In this document: piece after piece, positions 34,058 to 41,745 of the stretch
How positions within the stretch are numbered: position 1 is the first letter of the stretch
Layout: each line of letters begins with the position of its first letter
Origin: an uncultured Chloroflexia bacterium
Lineage (GTDB): Bacteria; Chloroflexota; Anaerolineae; CG2-30-64-16
Length of the DNA stretch: 64,000 nt
Direction of reading: 5' to 3'
Assembly (NCBI GenBank): GCA_963774265.1
Contig: CAVZDU010000005.1
Span: 489,671-553,670 of the forward strand
Notes under the pieces: model-generated
What the model was told of the DNA's origin: nothing
The model's database searches: none
Seen by the model: only the letters and a program-made list of their open reading frames with translations
Position numbers and translations under genes: made by a program

Positions 34058-35005
34058 TTATCTCGCTTTCGACCTGGAATACTCGACCAGGGTATCGTAA
34101 GTGATGATGCTGATTCCGCCAGAGCCCATTGCTGCACTCCGATTGCTTTCGGATAAATAATATAGTTGCTCCGTCGTCAAGTATTTTCTTCTTCCGACTA
34201 CCAGTACTCCCTGTAAAAAACCACGAGAGTACGCTGGGCCAAAGAACCCCCCCAGACCTTGTAGCGTATGCAAAGGGATCCTGAAAGTGTCCAGCATAAC
34301 TGCCCGTCTGCAATACGAATCATAGTTGTTCTTTACGAAATCGATGTAGCTCATGACAACTTTCTCACCCTCGTCAAGCTCGGGGCTTTTGGTAGTGCCC
34401 TCCAGGAATACGCTGTCCTTTGGGTTGAGAAAATCGATGAAGATGATGTAGTTCGGAATCTGTGAAGCCTGGGGCTGAAAAATGAACCTGGTGAAATCTG
34501 GTGCGAGGCCTTCACTCACTGGAAAGTCCAGCACATCTTCAATTATTGGGTCGCCTGCAAGATATTGAGGTACTCCGTTCAGAACCGTCTTGTGGTTATT
34601 GATTGACGCTTTGATCGTGCTGATATCCGCGGTCCCTATAGCCCTGATGAACTCAGCCCACGCGATCGCTTCCTCTCGCGCGGTGGGTGGCACAGTTGGT
34701 GTGCGCGGAGGTTCCGATTCTGGTTGCCCAGTCTCCTTCCACTGCCGGAATTCCTCGCGCAGGTCGGCCAGGTCCCGACTTGCCGGGGCCTGCCTGGAGG
34801 CAAGCTCCAACAACGCCTCGACCTTACCCTGCCGCTCAGCCTCTTCCAGGATGCGCTGCCAGAATTCGATCGGGGCGCCGGAAAGATCGATCTGCGCCAG
34901 ACTCAGGCCGATATCTTGCGCGAAAAGCTCGGCGCGAGCGCGTTGGGGATAGCACTTGGCCAGGGCCACGCGCATCCGGCGAAAGAGGTCATGGCGGTCG
35001 GTCAT
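34058..35005 (-). CDS. EAD1 effector-associated domain fused to a Shedu (DUF4263)-like domain
   Basis: ALAKCYP...IGL...IDLSGAPIEFWQRILEEAERQGKVEALL (EAD1-like); PDF, VLVVGRR, ISIITYDTLVE (DUF4263-like). Confidence 0.65.
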   Translation of the reverse strand: MTDRHDLFRRMRVALAKCYPQRARAELFAQDIGLSLAQIDLSGAPIEFWQRILEEAERQGKVEALLELASRQAPASRDLADLREEFRQWKETGQPESEPPRTPTVPPTAREEAIAWAEFIRAIGTADISTIKASINNHKTVLNGVPQYLAGDPIIEDVLDFPVSEGLAPDFTRFIFQPQASQIPNYIIFIDFLNPKDSVFLEGTTKSPELDEGEKVVMSYIDFVKNNYDSYCRRAVMLDTFRIPLHTLQGLGGFFGPAYSRGFLQGVLVVGRRKYLTTEQLYYLSESNRSAAMGSGGISIITYDTLVEYSRSKAR

Positions 35006-35023
35006 GGGCGGAGATCCTTGGAT

Positions 35024-35115
35024 TCAACGTCACGTGCGAGGCATGATGGCGTCCGACTGCGGCGACGTTAATGTCGCCATGATAGCACGGAGCGGGATGA
35101 CCGCAAAGTCGTATT
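35024..35115. repeat. 92-bp direct repeat, copy 2 (probable promoter/operator of the EAD1 gene)
   Basis: See copy 1; minus strand TTGCGG-16 nt-TATCAT with TG extension. Confidence 0.9.
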
Positions 35116-35253
35116 GTGGGATGTCGCGGCTTCGTTGCGCCTCTGAGAGCGGGATATCCATATCCGGGCCTTCTGCGTATACTTCGTAGAAACGCTTATG
35201 TGCGACCTCGTTTTGAGCCCCGCCAGGGGTCGGGGCAGCACAGGAGAGGTAGT

Positions 35254-35490
35254 ATGGATCTACTCAACGGGCTGCGTCTGCTGCGGCAGGGTGAATGGGA
35301 CCGGGCGCACAAGATCGCCCAGGAAGACGACACGACCCTTGGATCCTGGCTGCATGGTGTCGTGCACATGGCAGAGCCCGACGAGGGCAACTCGCGCTAC
35401 TGGTACCGGCAGGCGGGCCGGCCGTTTCCGGGCATGAGAGCCCTGGCGGCCGAGATGGACGCGCTGGAGCAGGTGCTTGCCGCCGCGTAG
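35254..35490 (+). CDS. Small conserved hypothetical protein
   Basis: AGGAGAGG RBS; WDRAHKIAQ...WLHGVVH..E.DEGNSRYWYRQAG pattern. Confidence 0.75.
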   Translation: MDLLNGLRLLRQGEWDRAHKIAQEDDTTLGSWLHGVVHMAEPDEGNSRYWYRQAGRPFPGMRALAAEMDALEQVLAAA

Positions 35491-35521
35491 TGGCGGTTGC
35501 GGGTGACCGGAGGCCGTGTCA

Positions 35522-35725
35522 ATGGCGCAGGGTCGTCAGGACGCGCCGGCGGCCGTGCAGGCGCGGGCGGTGGAGTTGTATGGCGGCGGGCAGTCGGCGC
35601 CGGCCATCGCGCGAGAATTGAGGGTGGGCGAGAACGGGGTGTACGAGCTGCTGCACGAGCGCGGGCTGGTGCGGCCCAGGAGCGAGGCGATGCAGCTGGT
35701 CGGGAGGCGACGGCGATGGCGTTAG
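35522..35725 (+). CDS. Small helix-turn-helix protein
   Basis: AVELYGGGQSAPAIARELRVGENGVYELLHERG. Confidence 0.65.
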   Translation: MAQGRQDAPAAVQARAVELYGGGQSAPAIARELRVGENGVYELLHERGLVRPRSEAMQLVGRRRRWR

Positions 35726-36195
35726 CAGAGAACGGAGCGCGGTTTACGGAGGACCAGGAACGGCGGGTGCTGCGCACGATCGAGCAGCTGCGGGCCTGCC
35801 AGGGCGACTACCAGAGCATTCACACGGAGCTCGAGCAAAAGCGGCTGGCCTGGTGGGAGGCCAACCGCGGGCAGCTGCGGCTGTCCGGCTCCCCCGAGCG
35901 CCAGGCCTACACGCTGTTCCTGCTTGAATACCTGGGGTTGGATGAGGGGGAGGTCCCGGTCGTGTATGAGGACGGTCGGCGGATCGTCTGGCGTTCGGTC
36001 AACTTCTGCTCGATGCTGGAAGGCTGCCGGCGGCTAGGGCTGGACACTCGGGTGGTGTGCCGGGCGGCGACGGAACGCTCGGTGGAAACGCTGATCCGGC
36101 GGCTGGACGACCGGTTGCGGTTCGGGCGGAACTACGAGACGGGCATGCGGCCGTTTGCGGCGTATTGCGAGGAAGAGATCTGGCTGGCCGAGTAA
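35716..36195 (+). CDS. Hypothetical protein with Cys-containing domain
   Basis: GGGAGG RBS; NFCSMLEGC..LGLDTRVVC...RNY...RP..YCEEEI. Confidence 0.7.
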   Translation: MALAENGARFTEDQERRVLRTIEQLRACQGDYQSIHTELEQKRLAWWEANRGQLRLSGSPERQAYTLFLLEYLGLDEGEVPVVYEDGRRIVWRSVNFCSMLEGCRRLGLDTRVVCRAATERSVETLIRRLDDRLRFGRNYETGMRPFAAYCEEEIWLAE

Positions 36196-36226
36196 GGCGA
36201 CGCGGCGGGACTGCGACTCTCACTGG

Positions 36227-36820
36227 TCAGGGTGATACGCCTGTTGGGCCCTGGCATGCGCGCTTCGCTCGCTCTGTCACTGCAACGATGAAGGCCGTCT
36301 TCTCTTCGGTGTAGCGGACGCGGTCACCTGCGAACTCCGCGGCAAGCCGGCGCTTGAGCGTGGCATACTGAGCAGCCGTTTCGGGGTGGGCGATCAAGTA
36401 GTCGCGGAAAAGCACCCGATCCCAATGCTCAGCGAATCCCATCTCCACCACGTGGATGTGATGCGTTCGCTCGCCCGCGTCATCGCGCTTGATGAACCAG
36501 GGGTAAAAAGGCGGGCCAGCATCACCGCGTGTCGGACGCCAAAAATAGTCGTAGCCCTGCGCTTCCAGAAGCGGAGCGATCTCCTCACGCACGAGTGCCA
36601 GATCATTGACACCGGCGAGAATGTCGATGATGGGCTTTGCCGCCAGTCTGGGGACGGCGGTGCTGCCGATGTGCTCAATGCGGATGATGGAACCTTCGGG
36701 GAAACAAGCAAGCAGGTGTTGTTTTTCCTGCTCAAAGCGAGCGGGCCACGCGGGGTCGTAGTCGACGATGTCGACAACCTCAGCTGTGACGCGGCGCACC
36801 TTGTCTTCAAGACTCTCCAT
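36227..36820 (-). CDS. GrpB (UPF0157) family protein
   Basis: YDPAWP..F, EHIGSTAVP.LAAKPIIDI, RTHHIH, FRDYL, YTEEK. Confidence 0.92.
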   Translation of the reverse strand: MESLEDKVRRVTAEVVDIVDYDPAWPARFEQEKQHLLACFPEGSIIRIEHIGSTAVPRLAAKPIIDILAGVNDLALVREEIAPLLEAQGYDYFWRPTRGDAGPPFYPWFIKRDDAGERTHHIHVVEMGFAEHWDRVLFRDYLIAHPETAAQYATLKRRLAAEFAGDRVRYTEEKTAFIVAVTERAKRACQGPTGVSP

Positions 36821-36856
36821 CGTTTCCCCATGAGATCAGCCCGTCATTCATCCAGT

Positions 36857-37096
36857 CTACACCCTCACCCCCTCATTCGCCACTCGCGCCGCCTCCACAT
36901 ACCTGAGCGGCATCGGTTCAACTGCATTTAGCTTGGGCAAGCTCCACCCACCCGCGTCCTGCAGCCGGTCCAGCGGCGTCCCGTTCCGCGCGGCACGCGT
37001 CGCCCATGCGTGCCGCAGATCGTGCGCGCTTAACCCCTCGACGCCGATTGCATTCTCAAACCACCGCACGAGCGCGGTGATCGTCCGCTCGCTCAT
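36857..37096 (-). pseudogene. C-terminal fragment of a tyrosine recombinase
   Basis: SAHDLRHAWAT (HxxR), GGW...PLRY catalytic Tyr; N-terminal part absent. Confidence 0.8.
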
Positions 37097-37302
37097 CCCG
37101 GCCCTGCACCTCGGGTAAGACGTGCCTCGTGGTATGGGTTTTGCGGCTGAAAGTCCAGCCTCCTCCGCGACATCACCGCTGATTCGGGAGTGGCCTTACG
37201 GTAGGCGGACATGGCTCCGGTATATGATTCCGACTCTGATGGCGCTCATCGAGCTGCGCCCCTCGATGGTACTTTGTCTTCGCGGTGTGAGGAGCGAACA
37301 CG

Positions 37303-37428
37303 ATGGATTTGAGAGCCCTATGGGAAGCGGTGGTGGCTGTTGGAATCACGCCCCTTGCCTCAATCGCCATGGCGCTGTTTGTCGTGGCTGGCATAGTTGT
37401 ACTCTTCAGGAAGATCGATCGTCGGTAG
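37303..37428 (+). CDS. 41-aa single-TM membrane peptide
   Basis: GAGGAG RBS 8 nt before ATG; MDLRALWEAVVAVGITPLASIAMALFVVAGIVVLFRKIDRR*. Confidence 0.6.
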   Translation: MDLRALWEAVVAVGITPLASIAMALFVVAGIVVLFRKIDRR

Positions 37429-37793
37429 AGTGACGGCGGCCCTTTTGAAGCGAAGCGCTGCGTGGTTGCGGCCCCACTCCGCGATGAGGCCGTAGTACGT
37501 CGCGACAACGAAGCGTACACGGATGGCCAGAGGATGTCTTGTCGACAACGCTTCACACGGCGTACACCCGCACCCCTCACGGCGCAGAAGGCGGCCTTGA
37601 CCTGGCGCTTTCCCTAGCCAAGCGAATGTAGTGTGGTTGAAGTGACTGGGCGGCGGTCTTCAGTCAATGAAGCTGCCCTGACTTGTGCGCATTCCATATA
37701 CAAAGCGGCAGATTTGTGCTAGGATGTCGATTGGACCGCAGGTTTCTCCCTTTTTGCGACGGAACGATTGTCCTGAAGAGAGGAGCAATTACC

Positions 37794-38927
37794 ATGAGTC
37801 AATCGGATGTGACCTCACTCAGCCGGGAAAGTGTGCCCGAAGAGGCCTATCGGCAAGCCATGCAGTCCTCCGCGGCCGAACCGCCGGGCCAGCAGTATGG
37901 CGAGGCACTGCAGCAACTCAGGGCAGAGTACCTGGATGGCTTGTACGGCCTCATCGGACCGGCGAATCTTCAGCGTTATCTGCACCTCCACGAGCGACGC
38001 GTCCGCAACATGCTCAAACTGCGCGAAACGACACCGGCCACCCCTGATGGTGCGCGGATACTCGCAGAACGCAGGGCGCACAACATTGCGGAGTCGTACA
38101 AGCTATTCCAGCGTTCCGGGATCGACATCGACCAGTTGACCCGCCTTCGACAGCAACACACAGCGGCGCTCTGTGCCATTTTTCCGGACCGGCCTGGTGC
38201 AAGCGCCACGCAAGCGGAAGGGGCAATGCCCCTCGGGGGAGGCGGCGGGGCCATCGACCTGGAAGCGCCCTATCTTGAAAAGCAATGCACTGAGTATGCG
38301 TGGAGCAACAGAGGGCCAGATCATTATGGTCTTACCCGCTCCTGCGATAACGTCACAGGGAGAATGGAACACGACTCCTGGATGAGGGTCTACGATGCAA
38401 GCAACCACGATGAAGTCTATATGGAGAGCGTGCATCAAGTCGGGTCGCTGGCCTGCGTCCCCCACGGCTGTACCAGTCTATGGCTGACCGCAGTCTTCGC
38501 GAATGAGCGTTCGGAAAGCCGCGGTTCCTGGGACGAGGAATGTGGATGGTCGCGGCTCAGGTTTATGCAATGGCTTTCGGCCCGCCTCACCGTGAAGCGG
38601 GTCTGGCCCGCCGGCAGCAGTGAAATGCGTGAGACGACCGTCAGGGGAGCACTGGGCGGAACCGGAGCTCAGCAGTTCATATGGGACGACGCCTGGATAC
38701 ACATCGGCGAGGGGACCATCTGCAGTGTGGACGCCGACCTGTTCCAGGCTGGGGAGCAAGTCTGCAGCGATCCGCTTTTCTTCGCCGGCCCGTACGCTGA
38801 AGGGGACTACCTGGGCGTCTGGGCCGGCTTGAGATGCGGGCACTGCGCCTGGATCGACGACGTTTCGCTGACAGACGACCTTAGTTATCACCTCCGGCTC
38901 GATAAGATCGTGGTGATCTTCGCCTGA
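37794..38927 (+). CDS. Hypothetical protein (helical N-terminus, Cys/Trp-rich C-terminus)
   Basis: AGAGGAG RBS, long uninterrupted ORF; no family recognised. Confidence 0.7.
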   Translation: MSQSDVTSLSRESVPEEAYRQAMQSSAAEPPGQQYGEALQQLRAEYLDGLYGLIGPANLQRYLHLHERRVRNMLKLRETTPATPDGARILAERRAHNIAESYKLFQRSGIDIDQLTRLRQQHTAALCAIFPDRPGASATQAEGAMPLGGGGGAIDLEAPYLEKQCTEYAWSNRGPDHYGLTRSCDNVTGRMEHDSWMRVYDASNHDEVYMESVHQVGSLACVPHGCTSLWLTAVFANERSESRGSWDEECGWSRLRFMQWLSARLTVKRVWPAGSSEMRETTVRGALGGTGAQQFIWDDAWIHIGEGTICSVDADLFQAGEQVCSDPLFFAGPYAEGDYLGVWAGLRCGHCAWIDDVSLTDDLSYHLRLDKIVVIFA

Positions 38928-38958
38928 TCCTGTGCGAGCCTCGCTATTCGCCTCATAC

Positions 38959-39033
38959 GACTTGACAACTCCATCGGCAGGGCAAGCGGCTTTTTGCCCG
39001 CAAGGTCGGAGGCTCCAGTCCTCCTCGAGGAGC
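38959..39033 (+). pseudogene. Degenerate full-length tRNA-Asn copy (attR-like)
   Basis: GGCAGGGCAAGCGGCTTTTTGCCCGCAAGGTCGGAGGCTCCAGTCCTCCTCGAGGAGC aligns with 33673-33746. Confidence 0.85.
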
Positions 39034-39043
39034 CTGGACATTG

Positions 39044-39077
39044 ACCGGCGACCCGTAAGGGTTGCCGGTTTTGCTTT
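39044..39077 (+). terminator. Intrinsic terminator after the tRNA remnant
   Basis: ACCGGCGACCC-GTAA-GGGTTGCCGGT-TTTGCTTT. Confidence 0.7.
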
Positions 39078-39388
39078 AATCTATAGCCTCAGCTTCGGCG
39101 CGGCCGTTGGCTCTGGCATCTTCGTTACGAGATCGTCGGCCTCCGTTGCGGAAGTTGGCATTTCTGCCGCAACCGTGGGCATTGGTGCAGGCTTGGTTGG
39201 TGACTGGGCCAATAGCGCGCCTGCCGCGAGTATCACGATCGCCAGCCCGATTCCAGCGGGATGACCTGCCGCCTGCCGTGCTTTTTCAGATAGTCCAGCA
39301 CGGGAGCCTTCAGAGTGGTTTTCGACGTCGTATTGCGTACGGTTGTTCGCTCCGCGTTCTCGATTTTTTCTCTTTCCGATATTTCGAC

Positions 39389-39410
39389 TATAATGCCGGA
39401 ACACCTGTTC
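39389..39410 (+). promoter_or_regulatory. -10 box and LexA (SOS) box of the mutasome operon
   Basis: TATAAT 39389-39394 then GAAC-ACCT-GTTC 39399-39410, 11 nt before imuA. Confidence 0.8.
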
Positions 39411-39421
39411 AGGTCAGGCAT

Positions 39422-40174
39422 ATGACATCTCAACGTCATCGCAAATTGGATGCGGTTGTCGCCCGGTTGCAACTGGCGTATGGACCGCGTGCTATCCGTC
39501 GGGCCGACCCCGACGAGAAGACGCCGCCCATCGCGCGTATTGCGACTTCATTCGCTGAGCTAGACGCGGCCCTCGACGGCGGGCTGCCCCAGGGGCGCAT
39601 CACGGAAATTTCCGGTCCTGCAACTTCCGGCAAGCTAACCGTGGCCGCCAAAGCCATTGCGATGGCGCACCACCTGGATGCGGATGTCCTGGCCGCCTGG
39701 ATCGATCCCGGTTACTCATGTGATCCCGACTATATGCACCGTTGCGGCGTTGATTTGGACCGGCTGCTGGTCGTGCATCCGGTCAATCCGGAGGACGCAC
39801 TCTCCATCATGTTGCACCTGGTCGAGAGCAACGCGCTGGCCCTGCTTGTCGTTGACTGGGAGCCATCCCTGTGGGATGCGGAAGCTGCGTTCGTCGAGCA
39901 GGCGGCCGCGTTGGCCCGGCTCTCTTCCATGCTGCCGCGCACCGCCACCGCCCTTGTCTTTCTATCTGAGCTACGTGGACAATCGCGCGCTTTGGGACAC
40001 GCAGCCGCCGTGCGTATCATCCTCCGTCGCGAGCGATGGATCACCCGCGACGACGGTGACGTGCGGGGGTATATCGGGCAGGCGGAGATCGCGAAGAATC
40101 GCTTTGGGAATTCGGGCGTGCGGGCCACGGTGCGCATCACGTTCAACGGCACGGTGCGGGGTGATGGCCTATGA
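39422..40174 (+). CDS. imuA: RecA-like ImuA protein
   Basis: IATSFAELDAAL.GGLPQGRITEISGPATSGK, WID, GVDLDRLLVV, KNRFG; short, first gene of cassette. Confidence 0.8.
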   Translation: MTSQRHRKLDAVVARLQLAYGPRAIRRADPDEKTPPIARIATSFAELDAALDGGLPQGRITEISGPATSGKLTVAAKAIAMAHHLDADVLAAWIDPGYSCDPDYMHRCGVDLDRLLVVHPVNPEDALSIMLHLVESNALALLVVDWEPSLWDAEAAFVEQAAALARLSSMLPRTATALVFLSELRGQSRALGHAAAVRIILRRERWITRDDGDVRGYIGQAEIAKNRFGNSGVRATVRITFNGTVRGDGL

Positions 40175-41439
40175 CCGCCGGCTGGGAACCGCCCCCACGG
40201 GATCGACGTATCGCCTACCTCGTCGCACCCGAGTTTGGCGCCCAGGTATTGCAGCGATGGCGACGCAAGCGTCGGCAGCATGGCCGTGTCGACCCCGCCT
40301 TATGTGAGGGCCCGTGGGCGCTGTTGGATGACCAGGGCCGCGTGCTGACTCTCAACGCGCTGGCGGCGCGTAGCGGCATCATGCCGGGACAGACTGAGTC
40401 GCAGGCGATGGCGCGGTGTCCCGTTGCCACACTGCGCCCTGCCAGCCGTTATCCCCTTTTTGAGGTGCAAACCGAGTTCATCGCGGCCGTGGCGCATTAT
40501 GCCGGCCGCTGGCAGCCTGCGGGCCTGGGCTGCGCCTACCTGGACACTGAGGGCCTGGGAATTGGGAGCGATCCCCTGATGACCTGGTGCCAGGCGCTTG
40601 CGGTTGATATCCGCAGCCTCGGCCTGACGCCCAGTCTTGGCTTGACCAGCTCTAAATTCGGCGCCTTTGCCGCGGGCCAGGCCGCAGGGCGCAACAGCAT
40701 GCTGGTGATGAGTTCGACCGTAGAACGATCATTCGTGGCCGCCCAGCCGGTCACGTTGTTGCCGCTGGATGCCGCGACGTTGCTGCACCTCCGGCATCTC
40801 GGCATCCGATCGCTGGGTGAGTACGCGCGCCTGCCCGCCGCGGGAGTGCTCGCCCGTTTCGGTGAGGCGGGCCGGACCGCACAACGTTGGGCGCAAGGCC
40901 ACGATGAGCGCCCTGTCACCCTACCTGATGAGCTGCCGCAAGTTACCTCCCGCATCGAGTTCGAGACGCCGGTGACCGATCGAGACATCCTGTTGGGCGC
41001 CTTGTTGCAGCGCACATCAACGCTGCTGGCCCCGTTGCACGCAAACCTGCAGGCCGTCGGGCGGCTGACCCTGGTCGTCCTGGCCGCGGATCGGCGTGTC
41101 CTGCCCGCAAATCACACTTTCTCACTGCCCACCGCCGCCATGGCAACCATCCGGCTGGCGTTGGCTGCGGCCTGGACCTATCCGCGGCGATCCTTGGATC
41201 GCAGAATAGTGAAGGTGCGAGCGAGGTCACGCTCATCTGGGCGACATCAGTGATGCGGCGATACCCGTATCGCTGCAGTTGTCTTTATTCGACGGCGGGC
41301 CAACCTCGCGCTGCGGCGTTGACGGCCCTCCTCGATCGGTTCGCCACGCGTCGGGCCACACGCATTCCAGATGGCTGCCCTGACGGAACCCGGCCATCCA
41401 CTTCCCGAACGGCGGGCCAACTGGAAGGAGTTCAGTTAG
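40171..41439 (+). CDS. imuB: ImuB, inactive Y-family polymerase (frameshifts in 3' part)
   Basis: GIMPG...AMARCP, AYLD, LGIRSLGEYARLP; shifted frames give QLSLF clamp motif and HPLPERR ending at TAG 41439. Confidence 0.8.
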
Positions 41440-41444
41440 AGGTC

Positions 41445-41731
41445 ATGACGCGACTTCGGCCGCAGGAGCGCCGGTGCAGGTGGTGGCGCGGAACGACGGT
41501 GCACCGGCGCGCTTCCAGCTGTGGGGTGACTGGCATGAAGGTCGCGTTCATTGCCAATCGCTGGCGCGTGCACACGGCCTGGTGGCTGTCGGAAGCGGTC
41601 ACGCAACGCGACGATCCAAGGACTGCGGCATCGCGCGAGTATTTCAAGCTCGCTTCCACCGATGGGCTGCTTTGCACCTCTATCGCGATCTGCAGGACAG
41701 CGCCTGGTATTGTGCGCGGGTGTACGACTGA
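41445..41731 (+). CDS. Small mutasome-associated protein (DUF6504-like; frameshifted)
   Basis: PARF...IANRWRVHTAWW...REYFKL...LYRDL...WYCARVYD. Confidence 0.65.
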
Positions 41732-41745
41732 AATAGCGCCTGGTC

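Larger units (their letters stand above)
33746..38958. mobile_element. Degenerate tRNA-Asn-anchored genomic island
   Basis: Bounded by intact tRNA and a diverged tRNA copy; contains tyrosine-recombinase remnant and accessory genes. Confidence 0.7.

Noticed and set aside
39081-39404. Minus-strand ORF with a TM segment
   Set aside because: Overlaps the imuA promoter and has no convincing start; at most a truncated remnant
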